Virus genome (UHGV): UHGV-0115240
Source of the DNA: a virus
Reading direction: 5' to 3' (one strand)
Length of the DNA: 59,150 bases
The position numbers were made by a program, and so were the translations under genes. Below, piece by piece: positions 28,789 through 39,482 of this stretch (positions are counted from its first letter, which is position 1; every line of letters starts with the position of its first letter). Under the pieces are notes generated by a model. The model made no database searches. It had not been told where the DNA came from and worked only from the letters and a program-made list of their open reading frames with translations.

Positions 28789-29277
28789 ATGGATATGTGC
28801 GAATTTTGTGAAAATGAAAAGATAATTGAATTTGATAATGGAAAAGAAACATGGAATATTCAAAATACCGAAAAATGTTATGAAATGCTTTATGCAAACC
28901 ATGAGACTGGAAAATCGAAAGGAATCACAATTCGATATTGCCCTATCTGTGGAAGAAATTTAACTGATGAAGAAAATAAAGTAAATGATACGATTAGAAA
29001 AGAAAACATTCGATTAAAAAATGATTTAGATACATTTATAAACTATCTTCTACCAAGAGCAACGATACAGGCAGGAGAGGAAATCAAAAAAGGAAATTAC
29101 AATTTAGTAACCATTGTGACAAATGGAGAAAGATGTGAGCAGAAAGAACTTCTTGATAAAATCTCAAAATTAGAAGACAGACATCAATCCGATTGCATTA
29201 AAATCAATCAACTCCAAACTACGATTGATGTGCTTGTGGACAAGTTGGCGAAATTACGGGAGGTTCACGAGCTATGA
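28789..29277 (+). CDS. Zinc-ribbon plus coiled-coil hypothetical protein.
   Basis: CEFCEN...CPICGR. Confidence 0.4.
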   Translation: MDMCEFCENEKIIEFDNGKETWNIQNTEKCYEMLYANHETGKSKGITIRYCPICGRNLTDEENKVNDTIRKENIRLKNDLDTFINYLLPRATIQAGEEIKKGNYNLVTIVTNGERCEQKELLDKISKLEDRHQSDCIKINQLQTTIDVLVDKLAKLREVHEL

Positions 29278-29492
29278 AAGTGATTTTGAAAGATAAAATT
29301 TATGAAATGGATAGAAAGCAGTTCTGTGGATTATTAGACATAGCAAAACGGTCTGTTAATATGGGGATTTATGCCGTGCAGAAAGATGGAATTGCGGAAA
29401 TGAAGAATGAAAAATTTAACAACAAAACTGATTTGCAAAAAGCGGTTGCAGAATATGTGAAAAATGGATTCAAAGTATATTGTAAGGGGTAA
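29274..29492 (+). CDS. Hypothetical small protein.
   Basis: 72-aa ORF. Confidence 0.35.
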   Translation: MKVILKDKIYEMDRKQFCGLLDIAKRSVNMGIYAVQKDGIAEMKNEKFNNKTDLQKAVAEYVKNGFKVYCKG

Positions 29493-29800
29493 TGATTATG
29501 ATTCATCAAGAAAAATGGTACACATGTGATCGCTGCGGAGAACGGATTGAAAATTTGGTAGAAGATGTTCTTGATTGTCTGCCGGAAGAAGTTTCAGCAC
29601 AAATTCCAAGAGATGATTACTTGAAAATCATGAGAGGAGAATCCGATATTTCGATCGTAAATGCGGAATTTGATGGAAAAGACACGGAAACAGTTACAAT
29701 ACGAAAAGTGTTCTTAACGAAAGAAGATACAATTCATTTGTGCGGCAAGTGTAAAAGGAAATTTGAGAGGTTTATGAAAAATGATAAAGAGGTTATGTAA
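29492..29800 (+). CDS. Zinc-ribbon hypothetical protein.
   Basis: CDRCGE...CGKCKRKF. Confidence 0.4.
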   Translation: MIMIHQEKWYTCDRCGERIENLVEDVLDCLPEEVSAQIPRDDYLKIMRGESDISIVNAEFDGKDTETVTIRKVFLTKEDTIHLCGKCKRKFERFMKNDKEVM

Positions 29801-30020
29801 TCTGTACATAAAGAGAAAAACAAAAAATCTAACACGAATTCCATTGTTCACAATGACATTTAATTATAAAAAATATAAAGAAAATGGAAAAGAGAATAGT
29901 TGTATGTTGTATACACTACACCCTGATATTGCGCGAGACGAATTTTTGAAAGAAAATTTGCAGAAATGTGTAGATTACATAAGAGAAAATTACGATATGG
30001 AAGTTTTTACTAAAATTTGA
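29781..30020 (+). CDS. Hypothetical small protein.
   Basis: 79-aa ORF. Confidence 0.3.
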   Translation: MIKRLCNLYIKRKTKNLTRIPLFTMTFNYKKYKENGKENSCMLYTLHPDIARDEFLKENLQKCVDYIRENYDMEVFTKI

Positions 30021-30055
30021 AATTGGAAATAGAATTTTGAAAAGAGGTATGCAAG

Positions 30056-30331
30056 ATGAAAATATATAATCCGTTCAAAAAAATTAGTAAACTGGAAAGA
30101 GAGCTAAAAGATTCTTTACTCGATTTAGATGACTTGAAAAGAGAAAACGAAAGACTTAGTGGAAAACTTGAATATTTGAGAGAAAATAAAGAAAACCATG
30201 AAACAGGAATGTGGTGTAATGGATGCAAAAATCTTGTAAAATCAATGGAAGATACTGCTTTTGGTAGAAAAGAACTAAGATTTTGTATGTTAGACAACAA
30301 ATGCAAAGACAGGGAGATAGAGAATGAGTGA
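30056..30331 (+). CDS. Hypothetical coiled-coil protein.
   Basis: 91-aa ORF with RBS AAGAGGTATG. Confidence 0.35.
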   Translation: MKIYNPFKKISKLERELKDSLLDLDDLKRENERLSGKLEYLRENKENHETGMWCNGCKNLVKSMEDTAFGRKELRFCMLDNKCKDREIENE

Positions 30332-30667
30332 AAAAGAGATTCAGAAAAAGATTGTGGAGCAGTCTGGAACGATTGCGAAAGCAATTTGTAAAGGGAAAGA
30401 CGTGGAATTAAGAAAATCTGCAAGTGGCGTGTCTGTTGCGGAGATTTCTAAGAAAGTTGTGGCGAGATGAGCACGGCGAAAGGAATTATTTCTGTTATAT
30501 TGGTAATACCATACATATTGTTACTAGGATCAATGACTTTTAGCGCGGAATTTCCAGATGGAACAGAAATATGCTACAACGGATGGATGATATAATATCT
30601 AATGACATAGCCGAGATGGTGGCTATGTATCATGCAAAATGGTGCATTACTTTTTTTATTTTGAAAG

Positions 30668-32434
30668 GTGGTGCGCCATTTTCTTATGGCAAGTCAAGAA
30701 ATTCAACAAGCAATCCAATCATACGAAAATTATATATCGGATAACGGAATAGATGAATCGGTCATTGATGCAATGATAGAAGCGTGCAAAGTGGCATATC
30801 AGACGGAAAAAGATATTCCATATGCGCTTAAGGTGTCTGAAAGGACGAAAGAACTGATTGAACAGCTCGTTCTAAGTCTGACAGGTACAGATATTTGGGG
30901 ATTAGAGAAGTATTCTTTTGAAAACAAGGTCAAGTATGAAATTATAGACAAGTTTTATGAAGTTCTCTTATTGGAAGCGCAAAATAAGATCGTAGACAGC
31001 GGTTTTCGGTATTTGGAACGGAAAAGAGAACCAAAAGAACGTTTTTATATGCCAAGAAGAAAACAATTTTTGAAAATTGGTCTTGTGGATGCGCTACAAG
31101 GAATGATTGACGATAAATACGACATTTTGTGTATGTCGTTAATACCTGGTGCCGGTAAAACCACAATCGAAAAATTCTTAAATGCCTTGGTGATTGGATG
31201 GTTTCCGAAAGATTTCACGCTTTTTTACTCCCATAGTGGCGATATTACACGAATGTATTATGACGGCGTGTATGACATTGTGACAAATACAGATGAATAT
31301 ACATGGAATGAAATTTTCCCTGATTTACACGTTACAAGCACCAATGCAAAAATGGAACAGTTCAACGTAGGAAAATACAAGCCATTTCCAAGTGTGCAAT
31401 GCACGTCTGTTGGAAGTAAGAATGCCGGTAAGGTTCGTGCCTCCAAGTTTTTACTTGTTGATGATATGATAGGCGGAATTGAAGAAGCAATGAATCCAAG
31501 TATTTTGGATAAATTATGGGATAAATACGCAGTAGATGCACGTCAGAGAAAGATACAAGACACAGACGGAAAAAACTGTAAGGAAATACACATAGCGACC
31601 CGTTGGAGCGTGCATGACGTTATCGGGCGTATTCAAAACATGTACGCCGGAAATCCAAGAGTAAAAGTAATTGCAGTACCAGATATTGACCCGGTTACAG
31701 GAGAAAGTAATTTCGAGTATGAGTATAGTGGTTTCACAAAAGAGTTTTTTGCAGATCAACAATTACTTATGGATGAGATTTCTTATCGCTGCTTGTATAA
31801 GCAGGAACCGATTGAACGTGAGGGATTGCTGTTCCCGGATGATAAAATCAGACGATATCTGCATTTACCACATGGGGAACCGGAGATTATTACGGCTCAA
31901 TGCGATACAAAAGGAAAAGGAACAGACTATTTTGTTATGCCGGTATTGCAGAAGTATGAGGAAGATTATTATTGCGTAGATTGCGTGTGTGATAATACTG
32001 CTGATTATGAAATGCAGTATGAGAATGCTTCAAATGCAATCGTAAACAATGAAGTACAGGAGTGCGAATTTGAGCGTAATGCAGGCGGTGACCGTGTGGC
32101 AATGGAAGTAAATAAACGTGTAGAACAAAAAGGATGGATATGCAATATTACAGACGTTCCGACAGAGACAAACAAGGAAGCAAGAATATTTCAATGTTCT
32201 AACTGGATTTTACAACATGTTATATTCAAGGATCCATCACTTTACAAACCTAACGAACCATACGGAGTAATGATGTCTCTATTGAAACAATATTCAGTTT
32301 CAGGTAAAAAGCAGTTGGACGATGTGCCGGATGTTTTTTCAAACTTTGCCATACGGATGACAAAAGGAAACAGAGTCGCAAAAGCCGAAGCAATACACAA
32401 CCCATTCAGAGGAGGATACGGATATGGATACTAA
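30668..32434 (+). CDS. terL: Terminase large subunit.
   Basis: 588 aa lying immediately upstream of the portal. P-loop-like LIPGAGKTT, an acidic LLVDDMIGG (Walker B-like) and a C-terminal nuclease-like region. Confidence 0.7.
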   Translation: MVRHFLMASQEIQQAIQSYENYISDNGIDESVIDAMIEACKVAYQTEKDIPYALKVSERTKELIEQLVLSLTGTDIWGLEKYSFENKVKYEIIDKFYEVLLLEAQNKIVDSGFRYLERKREPKERFYMPRRKQFLKIGLVDALQGMIDDKYDILCMSLIPGAGKTTIEKFLNALVIGWFPKDFTLFYSHSGDITRMYYDGVYDIVTNTDEYTWNEIFPDLHVTSTNAKMEQFNVGKYKPFPSVQCTSVGSKNAGKVRASKFLLVDDMIGGIEEAMNPSILDKLWDKYAVDARQRKIQDTDGKNCKEIHIATRWSVHDVIGRIQNMYAGNPRVKVIAVPDIDPVTGESNFEYEYSGFTKEFFADQQLLMDEISYRCLYKQEPIEREGLLFPDDKIRRYLHLPHGEPEIITAQCDTKGKGTDYFVMPVLQKYEEDYYCVDCVCDNTADYEMQYENASNAIVNNEVQECEFERNAGGDRVAMEVNKRVEQKGWICNITDVPTETNKEARIFQCSNWILQHVIFKDPSLYKPNEPYGVMMSLLKQYSVSGKKQLDDVPDVFSNFAIRMTKGNRVAKAEAIHNPFRGGYGYGY

Positions 32435-32855
32435 AACATATTTGCAGCAGATAGAAAGACTAGACAGAAAGATTCAGAATAAATTTTCTGAAATTACACA
32501 GCTAAAAACTATGGCCACATCCATAACTGTTGCACAAAAAGATGTCAATGTTCAGACTTCATCGGATAAAGATCGAATGGGAAGTGCTGTTGCAAAGGTT
32601 GTAGATTTGGAAACTGAAGCAAATGAAATGATTTGCGAATACATTCAAAAACGAGCAATGATTATACAACAAATAGACACGATTTCCGATACAAATATGT
32701 ATCATATACTTTTCAACCGATATGTGATGATAAAAGATTTAGGAACAATAGCTGTTGAAATGGGATATTCGTTCAAACAGGTCTGCAGAATACATGGAAA
32801 CGCATTAAAGGAATTTGAAAAAATGTATGGATCAATGTATTTAAAATGCTCTTAA
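32424..32855 (+). CDS. Hypothetical protein with a C-terminal sigma-r4/ArpU-like HTH.
   Basis: YHILFNRYVMIKDLGTIAVEMGYSFKQVCRIHGNALKEF. Confidence 0.35.
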   Translation: MDTKTYLQQIERLDRKIQNKFSEITQLKTMATSITVAQKDVNVQTSSDKDRMGSAVAKVVDLETEANEMICEYIQKRAMIIQQIDTISDTNMYHILFNRYVMIKDLGTIAVEMGYSFKQVCRIHGNALKEFEKMYGSMYLKCS

Positions 32856-33024
32856 CTTGTCCACAAATGTCCTACAATGTCCACTAATGTCAGCTAGATG
32901 TCCAAAAATTGACATGATATAATAATAATCAGAGAAATAATAAATATCTCTCCCCAAAACATAAACCCATAAGTATGATTGGAAAATGGACGCAATTAAG
33001 CGTCCTTTTTTCGTGGAGAAAATT

Positions 33025-33225
33025 ATGAAAGAGTATAAAGAGAAAACAATATACTGTCCAAAGTGCGGACGGAAAGTTGGCGTTTATGATGGAAGGTCAA
33101 CAATAAATAAAATTTGCAGATGCAAAAATTGTAATAAAAGAATTGTGTATCACGTTGATACAGGAGAAACAGAGATTAAAAGGATCCCCAAAAGAAATTG
33201 TTCTTCTGGAATGACGTTTATTTAA
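33025..33225 (+). CDS. Com-like zinc-ribbon protein.
   Basis: CPKCGRKVG...CRCKNCNKRI, two CxxC pairs, in about 66 aa. Confidence 0.4.
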   Translation: MKEYKEKTIYCPKCGRKVGVYDGRSTINKICRCKNCNKRIVYHVDTGETEIKRIPKRNCSSGMTFI

Positions 33226-33237
33226 AGGCGGTGCTTT

Positions 33238-34680
33238 ATGTATAACTATCCACATAAAAATTACAGACCGTTTTCTGCTATTTGTGATTGTGGATTTGGT
33301 AGGAAAATCATTTACACAAGGCAAAGGCAGATTACATGGCGAAATATCGTAGGTGAATTGAATAAAGCACTTGCAATCCATAGACAGAACGCTACGGAAA
33401 TAGAGTATCTTGACCGCTATTATCGTGGAGACCAACCGATTTTATATCGAAAAAAGGTAAATCGACCGGAAGTGAACAATAAAATCGTTGTTAATCTTGC
33501 ATATGAGCTTGTGGAGAGAAAAACTGCTGATATTTGCGCAGAACCGATACAGTACGTTCTTCGTGGAACGGATGATAAGAAGTCTGATGAAATTTCATGG
33601 CTCAACGCAATCATGGATTCCGAGAATAAACAGGAATGCGATATTGATATTTGCAGATGGCGATCCATCTGCGGTACTGCATATCGGTTTATCGGAAATG
33701 ATGAGGGAAATGGTTCGGTTTTGGACGAAAGCGACTTTGAGTTGTCTTCTGAAAACCCGATTTATACATTCGTGGTGTACTTTCCGAATAATAAACCGGC
33801 TTTTTCATGCCAGATTCGAGAAGATGAAAATGGTCAGGAGTTTTATTTTTGCTATACGAATGGTCAATGGTTTGAAATTTCAGAAGGAAAATTGAGAAGA
33901 TTCGGGATAAACGGAAACGGAGCAATTCCGGTCGTTGAATATCCGAATAATTCCCGTAGGCTTTCTGATATTGAAATGACGATTGCCATTACAGACGCAA
34001 TCAACACACTTTCTTCCGATAGAATCAATGGAATCGAACAGTTTGTTTCATCGTGGGTAAAATTCGTAAACTGCGAAGTAGACAAGGACAGTTTCTTGAG
34101 CATGAGACAAGAGGGTGCGCTTGTAGTGAAGTCCAATAATGGAATGGAAAACAAAGCGGACGTTGATGTAATGACAACGGAGTTAAATCAGACGGAAGGA
34201 CAAGTTGTGTTTAATGATTTGTTTGAGCGTTTTCTTGATATTCAAGGATTAGCAAATCGAGGGAATATCAACACGGGCGGAGATACTCAAGGCGCAGTCA
34301 ATCTTCGTAACGGACATTATGATGCCGGACTTCGGACAGCAATTAATGAGCCTATCTTGAAAAAGTCGGAGAATATGTCTATTAAGATTATTCTGAACCG
34401 ATTAAGGATTTCAAAAGGATTTACACTTGTGCCGAGTGACGTGGAAATTCATATTAACCACAACAAGCTAGATAACATGATGGTAAAAGCGGAAGTTTTA
34501 CAGATTTTGTTAAAATGCGGAGTTCATTACAAACGTGCAATCAAGGTTATTGATATGTTTAGTGATCCGGAACAAGTTGCGATTGAAAGCAAAAACCGGA
34601 TGGAAAATCTTTATCCGGATAAAACAGAGAAACAAGAAAAAATAGAAGAACCAGTTAATAAGGAAGTAGTCGAACAGTAA
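33238..34680 (+). CDS. Portal protein.
   Basis: 480 aa, placed directly after terL and before the scaffold and capsid genes. Confidence 0.6.
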   Translation: MYNYPHKNYRPFSAICDCGFGRKIIYTRQRQITWRNIVGELNKALAIHRQNATEIEYLDRYYRGDQPILYRKKVNRPEVNNKIVVNLAYELVERKTADICAEPIQYVLRGTDDKKSDEISWLNAIMDSENKQECDIDICRWRSICGTAYRFIGNDEGNGSVLDESDFELSSENPIYTFVVYFPNNKPAFSCQIREDENGQEFYFCYTNGQWFEISEGKLRRFGINGNGAIPVVEYPNNSRRLSDIEMTIAITDAINTLSSDRINGIEQFVSSWVKFVNCEVDKDSFLSMRQEGALVVKSNNGMENKADVDVMTTELNQTEGQVVFNDLFERFLDIQGLANRGNINTGGDTQGAVNLRNGHYDAGLRTAINEPILKKSENMSIKIILNRLRISKGFTLVPSDVEIHINHNKLDNMMVKAEVLQILLKCGVHYKRAIKVIDMFSDPEQVAIESKNRMENLYPDKTEKQEKIEEPVNKEVVEQ

Positions 34681-34790
34681 TCGGCTACTTTTTTATTTTA
34701 TAAATTTGCAGTTATGCGTCAAATAGCAAAAGCAAAAAATCCGAGCTGATAGAACAGCGAAAACAAATGTAGATCACGGAGGTAATCAAA

Positions 34791-35330
34791 ATGACAAGAG
34801 AAGAAGCAAGACAAAACTTAGTGGCTTTAGGAATTGAAGAGCCAAGTGAAGCACAGGTAACAAATTATCTGAATCAGTTTCACAGCAATCGACCGAATCC
34901 ACAACCACAGCCTGCGCCACAGCCTGCACCTGAGCCAACACCAAATCCGGAACCGGATGATAACACAAGAGCGTTGCAGGAACGGATTGAACAGTTGGAG
35001 CGAGAGAACGCGCAGAAAGATATTCGAGCGTATGCAGCGGAAAAAGGCTTGACAGGTGAACAGGCGGAAAGCGTGCTCGCAGGATTTCAGACAGATTTAG
35101 AAGCTGCTAAGAAAGCGATTGACTCTATCGCGCAGATTATTTCCGATAAAGAAACCGCAGCAGCCACAGCAAAAGAACAAGAGTTATTAAAAGGCACTCC
35201 GAATCCGGGTGGTGGAACTGGCGGTAATCCGGGCAATGATAAGCCGGAAGATGTGAAGAATGCGGAAAGCATCTCTTTTGGAAACAAAGCGGACGAACAG
35301 TCCATGAAAGATTATTACGTTTTGAAATAG
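34791..35330 (+). CDS. Scaffolding protein.
   Basis: Pro/Gln-rich linker PQPQPAPQPAPEPTPNPEP plus coiled coil, positioned between the portal and capsid genes. Confidence 0.5.
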   Translation: MTREEARQNLVALGIEEPSEAQVTNYLNQFHSNRPNPQPQPAPQPAPEPTPNPEPDDNTRALQERIEQLERENAQKDIRAYAAEKGLTGEQAESVLAGFQTDLEAAKKAIDSIAQIISDKETAAATAKEQELLKGTPNPGGGTGGNPGNDKPEDVKNAESISFGNKADEQSMKDYYVLK

Positions 35331-35344
35331 GAGGTTAAAAGACT

Positions 35345-35686
35345 ATGGGAAAGCCTATCGTACATGAGTATGGACAAAGTAAAGGTATTTTGAAGTTTTT
35401 CCCTTATGAGGGCGCAGCGTGTGTTGTTCCTCAGACAATGAAATCTTCACCGGATGAAAACGGTTTGAAAATTGTTCCGGCTGGAACACCATTTCCGACA
35501 AATGATAACAGTTGCCTTGGCTATCTTCTGCATGATGTAGATGTGACACAGGGAGATGCACCGGGAACTTACGTTTATCAGGGAACTATTGATTGGGAAA
35601 AAGTAAAATCATTATCAATCGCGGATGCAGCAAGAAAAGTAACGCCGAGAGTTACATTTTACGGCGCACCGGCAATCTCAGAGTAA
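35345..35686 (+). CDS. Hypothetical head protein.
   Basis: 113 aa, between the scaffold and major capsid genes. Confidence 0.35.
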   Translation: MGKPIVHEYGQSKGILKFFPYEGAACVVPQTMKSSPDENGLKIVPAGTPFPTNDNSCLGYLLHDVDVTQGDAPGTYVYQGTIDWEKVKSLSIADAARKVTPRVTFYGAPAISE

Positions 35687-35701
35687 AAGGAGGAATAGAA
35701 A

Positions 35702-36790
35702 ATGGCATTACCATTGAGAGAAGCGTTTACTGCTAGAGCTTTAGGAGTCCTGTGGAATGATTATAAGGCAAAGCTCGGGACGGGACCGTATAGTGGAAGA
35801 ATGAAGTTTGGAACGGTGAAACAGGACAGCCTTGATTTGAAGTTTATTAAAGGAAAGAACGGTCTCCCGGTATCTTTGAAAGCATCAAATTTTGACGCAC
35901 AAGCACCATTAAGAGATGTTGGAGGATTCTCTGACATTCAGAATGCGATGCCGTTCTATCGTGAAAGTTACATGGTAACAGAGAAAGAAGAACAGGAATA
36001 TGCAAATTATCAATCAGCTGAAAATTCCAGTATGGCAAATCAGGTTTTACAAGAGATCGCTAAAAAGCCTTTTGCGCTGATTCAAGGCGCTTTGGTTGTA
36101 CCAGAACGTCAGATTTGGGAACTTTTGGCACCGGAAGATGGTGTTCCGAAAGTAACTGTAAATATCGAAGGAAAGAAATATGTTGTTGAGTACACAACGG
36201 ATAGTGGAGCAGAGCATAAGAAAGACCACTTTGTTGAGATTTCCGGTGAAGGAGATAAGTGGAATGTTCCGGCAACTGCAACGCCACTTGACGATTTGAT
36301 TCAAGCAAGACGTGATTTTGCGAAGAAAACCGGATACTCTTTGACAAGATTCTCTATGAATACAGAGACATTTGAAATGATTCTGAAAGCAGAAGATACC
36401 AAGAAACAGGTACTTGGAATTACTGCATATAATGGCGGTATCAGAGTGAGACAGGCTGACGTTCTTTCTTACTTGAGAGAGTACGGAATTGAGATCGAAG
36501 TATACGACAAAGTATACATTGATGAAGAGGGAAACACCAAGTATTTCATTCCGACAAACATTGTTTCTGCTCAATCAGCCGGAGTGTATCTTGGTGACTA
36601 TACATTTGGTAGAACACCGGAAGAGAGAAGCGGAAGTCTGACAGACGGAAATCTTTCTCTTGTAGAAACTGGTATTTCAGTATATTCATATACCACAAAT
36701 CATCCAATTAACACACATTGTGTAGTCTCCATGATTGGACTTCCTACTTTTGAGGGTATGGACAGCGTTGTTGTTATGAAGGTTGCGTAA
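35702..36790 (+). CDS. Major capsid protein.
   Basis: 362 aa, by position and size. RBS AAGGAGG. Confidence 0.55.
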   Translation: MALPLREAFTARALGVLWNDYKAKLGTGPYSGRMKFGTVKQDSLDLKFIKGKNGLPVSLKASNFDAQAPLRDVGGFSDIQNAMPFYRESYMVTEKEEQEYANYQSAENSSMANQVLQEIAKKPFALIQGALVVPERQIWELLAPEDGVPKVTVNIEGKKYVVEYTTDSGAEHKKDHFVEISGEGDKWNVPATATPLDDLIQARRDFAKKTGYSLTRFSMNTETFEMILKAEDTKKQVLGITAYNGGIRVRQADVLSYLREYGIEIEVYDKVYIDEEGNTKYFIPTNIVSAQSAGVYLGDYTFGRTPEERSGSLTDGNLSLVETGISVYSYTTNHPINTHCVVSMIGLPTFEGMDSVVVMKVA

Positions 36791-36801
36791 GGAGTGGTTA
36801 C

Positions 36802-37053
36802 ATGATTGCTACACACAATATCAAGATAGGTGGACGTTGGTATAAAGCCGGGGAAGAAATCAATTCCTCGGCTGATTTTATGAATACGCCAGAGATTCCA
36901 GAATATGGAGAGAAGAAGTTTACTAAAACAGAGATTTATCAAATGCCCGTAAAAGAACTTCGGGAGCTTGCTACCGAGTATGGGATTGACGGTGCAGAGT
37001 ATTTGAACGGTTCGGATATTAAGAAACTTCTTATTGATAAGTTAGGACTGTAG
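36802..37053 (+). CDS. Hypothetical head-associated protein.
   Basis: 83-aa ORF. Confidence 0.35.
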   Translation: MIATHNIKIGGRWYKAGEEINSSADFMNTPEIPEYGEKKFTKTEIYQMPVKELRELATEYGIDGAEYLNGSDIKKLLIDKLGL

Positions 37054-37063
37054 GTGAAAAAAT

Positions 37064-37393
37064 ATGGCGTACTCAAGATTAGAACAACTTAAAATTCGGT
37101 TGAGACAATCTGATGTTTCATGCGAGCAAGAAGATAAGTTCTTAGAACAGCTTCTTTATCAATCAGAACAAGATGTGCGTCTTTACCGAAATTATCCAGA
37201 CAATTACACAGAGGAGATGATTGAAAAGGATATGAAGAAATTCGACAGTATCATCATAGACTTGGCTTTGTATGATTGCAACCAAGAGGGAGGAGAATTT
37301 CAGATTTCCTCTTCTGAAAACGGAACTTCAAGGAGTTGGATTGACCGGGATAAAATTCTCGGAAAAGTTACTCCTTTTGTGAACGTGTTATAG
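37064..37393 (+). CDS. Head-tail connector (gp6-like) protein.
   Basis: Size, position and the pattern LEQLKIRLRQ...D..L..LL. Confidence 0.4.
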   Translation: MAYSRLEQLKIRLRQSDVSCEQEDKFLEQLLYQSEQDVRLYRNYPDNYTEEMIEKDMKKFDSIIIDLALYDCNQEGGEFQISSSENGTSRSWIDRDKILGKVTPFVNVL

Positions 37394-37543
37394 AAAGGGT
37401 ACGGTGATCCAATCATCTCCCGGCTACTGGGTTAAGTAGTAGACGATTGTGCGTAACCGTATGGATTTACATTCGGTTGCAGGGATATGGCACTTGGCGG
37501 TGGTGGGCGGCTATATAAAAATTCCCGAAAGGAGAAAGAAGAA

Positions 37544-38053
37544 ATGGAATATTTTTTAAATTCCTTCGGTGATATAACAATCGGAAATGTGGCTATTTTG
37601 CTGTGCGCAGTAATTTTTCTTTTTGGATGCTACAAGAAAGTGGAAAAATATTTTTCTGAAAAGGCTATAAAGGAAAAAGAGTACGACGAAAGAATTAAAA
37701 AAGTGATTAGTCAAGCAGAAAATTATCCGAAATGGCATGAACAAAGCCTTTGTATACAGAAAAAGTTTGGAAATTCTATTGACAATTTAGATAGAAAGAT
37801 GGATAAATTGCAAAAATCAAATGATGAGGGAATGGCTCTTACTTGGAGATACAGAATCCTTAGATTTGATGATGAAGTTCGGCATGACGATAAGCACACA
37901 AAAGAACACTTTGACCAGATACTTGAAGATATTACAAAATATGAGAGGTTTTGCAAGGACAATCCTGATTTTGAAAATAATAAGGCGTCTCTTGCAATAG
38001 ACAATATCAAAAAAGTGTATAAAAAATGCACAGACGAAGGAACATTTTTGTAA
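37544..38053 (+). CDS. Membrane-anchored protein (N-terminal TM helix, coiled-coil body) upstream of the holin.
   Basis: ITIGNVAILLCAVIFLFGCY forms a TM helix. RBS AAAGGAG. Confidence 0.4.
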   Translation: MEYFLNSFGDITIGNVAILLCAVIFLFGCYKKVEKYFSEKAIKEKEYDERIKKVISQAENYPKWHEQSLCIQKKFGNSIDNLDRKMDKLQKSNDEGMALTWRYRILRFDDEVRHDDKHTKEHFDQILEDITKYERFCKDNPDFENNKASLAIDNIKKVYKKCTDEGTFL

Positions 38054-38067
38054 AGGAGTGATTTTAA

Positions 38068-38403
38068 ATGGAACAGATTGTTATAAACATGACACTTGTT
38101 ATCGGAATTGTTGGAATTTTCGCTTTCGCAGTTTCAATAATTACGCAAGTTTTTAAAGGAGTATCGGGATTGAAGAAAATTCCGACTGATATTTTGGTTT
38201 TTGTATTGTCAATCGGTCTTACGGTTACAGCTTTTATAGCTTATATGCAGTATATACAGCAAACGATTCTGTGGTACATGATCCTAGCAGCAATTCTAGC
38301 CGGCCTATTAGTAGCTTTTGTGGCAATGTACGGTTGGGAAAAAGTAGCAGAATTGTGGAAACGATTTTACAGAGTGAATAAGAATGATTTAGAGGATGAG
38401 TAA
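38068..38403 (+). CDS. Holin.
   Basis: 111 aa with three TM segments and a charged C-terminus, immediately before the endolysin. Confidence 0.6.
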   Translation: MEQIVINMTLVIGIVGIFAFAVSIITQVFKGVSGLKKIPTDILVFVLSIGLTVTAFIAYMQYIQQTILWYMILAAILAGLLVAFVAMYGWEKVAELWKRFYRVNKNDLEDE

Positions 38404-38449
38404 TCGTCCTCTTTTTTTGTACAGGTGCAAATGCCGGAGAGAGGAGAAA

Positions 38450-39469
38450 ATTATGGCAAATTTAAGAGTAATTGATGTAAGCGAACATCAAGGAACTATT
38501 AACTGGGATGCAGTAAAAGGACATATAGATGGGGCAATCTTACGATGCGGATATGGAGATAATATTGCGAGTCAGGACGATAAGCAGTGGAAAAGAAATG
38601 CAGATGAATGTACAAGACTTGGGATTCCGTTCGGAGTTTATATCTATTCCTACGCGACAAGTGACGCACAGGCAAGAAGCGAAGCGGAACACGTCCTTAG
38701 AATGGTAAGCGGATATAAACTTTCGTACCCAATTTATTTGGATTTGGAACAGGCAGGAACGGAAAATGGAGCAATTCAAAGAGCGAATATCTTCGGGGAT
38801 ATCATCGAAAAAGCTGGCTACTGGTGCGGAGTTTATGCGAATACAAACTGGTGGACAAACTACCTGGTAGGGTTGGAGCGGTTTGTAAAATGGGTGGCGC
38901 AGTATAATTCGGTCTGTACATATCAGGGCACATACGATATCTGGCAGTATACGTCAGGCGGATCTGTTCCGGGAATTTCCGGAAACGTGGATATGAATCA
39001 TTGTTATAGAGATTATCCAGCAGAAATTACAGGAGGGGATACAAAACCAACGCCGCCGGCAGTAGCACCATCTGGATCTACGCTTGATCTTGTTGTTGGA
39101 GTTATGCAGGGAAAATATGGAGACGGAGACGCTAGAAAAAATGCTCTAGGAAATCGGTATAATGAGGTGCAGAATATGATTAACTATATTGCATCTGCCT
39201 CCGTAGATACACTTGTGAAAGAAGTTTATGCGGGAAAATATGGAAATGGAGATACAAGAAAGGCGGCGCTTGGAAACCGGTACAATGAGGTACAAAACAA
39301 GATTAATGGTTCCTCCGGCGGCGGTGCAGTATACTACACAGTCCAGTCTGGGGATACGCTTTCTGGAATCGCTGCTAAATACGGTACTAATTATCAGGCA
39401 ATCGCAAATCTGAACGGTATTCAGAATCCGAACTTAATTTATCCGGGGCAGAAGCTACGCGTAAAATAA
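38450..39469 (+). CDS. Endolysin: GH25 muramidase, two CW_7 repeats and a C-terminal LysM domain.
   Basis: N-terminal [16 protein letters not shown]...ILRCGYG...GVYIYSY is GH25. Repeats [24 protein letters not shown] and [24 protein letters not shown] are CW_7. C-terminal [30 protein letters not shown] is LysM. Confidence 0.85.
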   Translation: MMANLRVIDVSEHQGTINWDAVKGHIDGAILRCGYGDNIASQDDKQWKRNADECTRLGIPFGVYIYSYATSDAQARSEAEHVLRMVSGYKLSYPIYLDLEQAGTENGAIQRANIFGDIIEKAGYWCGVYANTNWWTNYLVGLERFVKWVAQYNSVCTYQGTYDIWQYTSGGSVPGISGNVDMNHCYRDYPAEITGGDTKPTPPAVAPSGSTLDLVVGVMQGKYGDGDARKNALGNRYNEVQNMINYIASASVDTLVKEVYAGKYGNGDTRKAALGNRYNEVQNKINGSSGGGAVYYTVQSGDTLSGIAAKYGTNYQAIANLNGIQNPNLIYPGQKLRVK

Positions 39470-39482
39470 GGAAGGTGTCTGT

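Noticed and set aside
30010-30423. 137-aa minus-strand ORF upstream of terL.
   Set aside because: It overlaps two plus-strand ORFs that have RBSs. Its S/L/F-rich composition suggests an antisense artefact.
33488-33895. 135-aa plus-strand ORF in an alternative frame within the portal gene.
   Set aside because: It is fully embedded in the 480-aa portal ORF in another frame and has no independent signals.
36047-36574. 175-aa minus-strand ORF inside the major capsid gene.
   Set aside because: It is antisense to a structural gene that is well positioned between the scaffold and connector genes.
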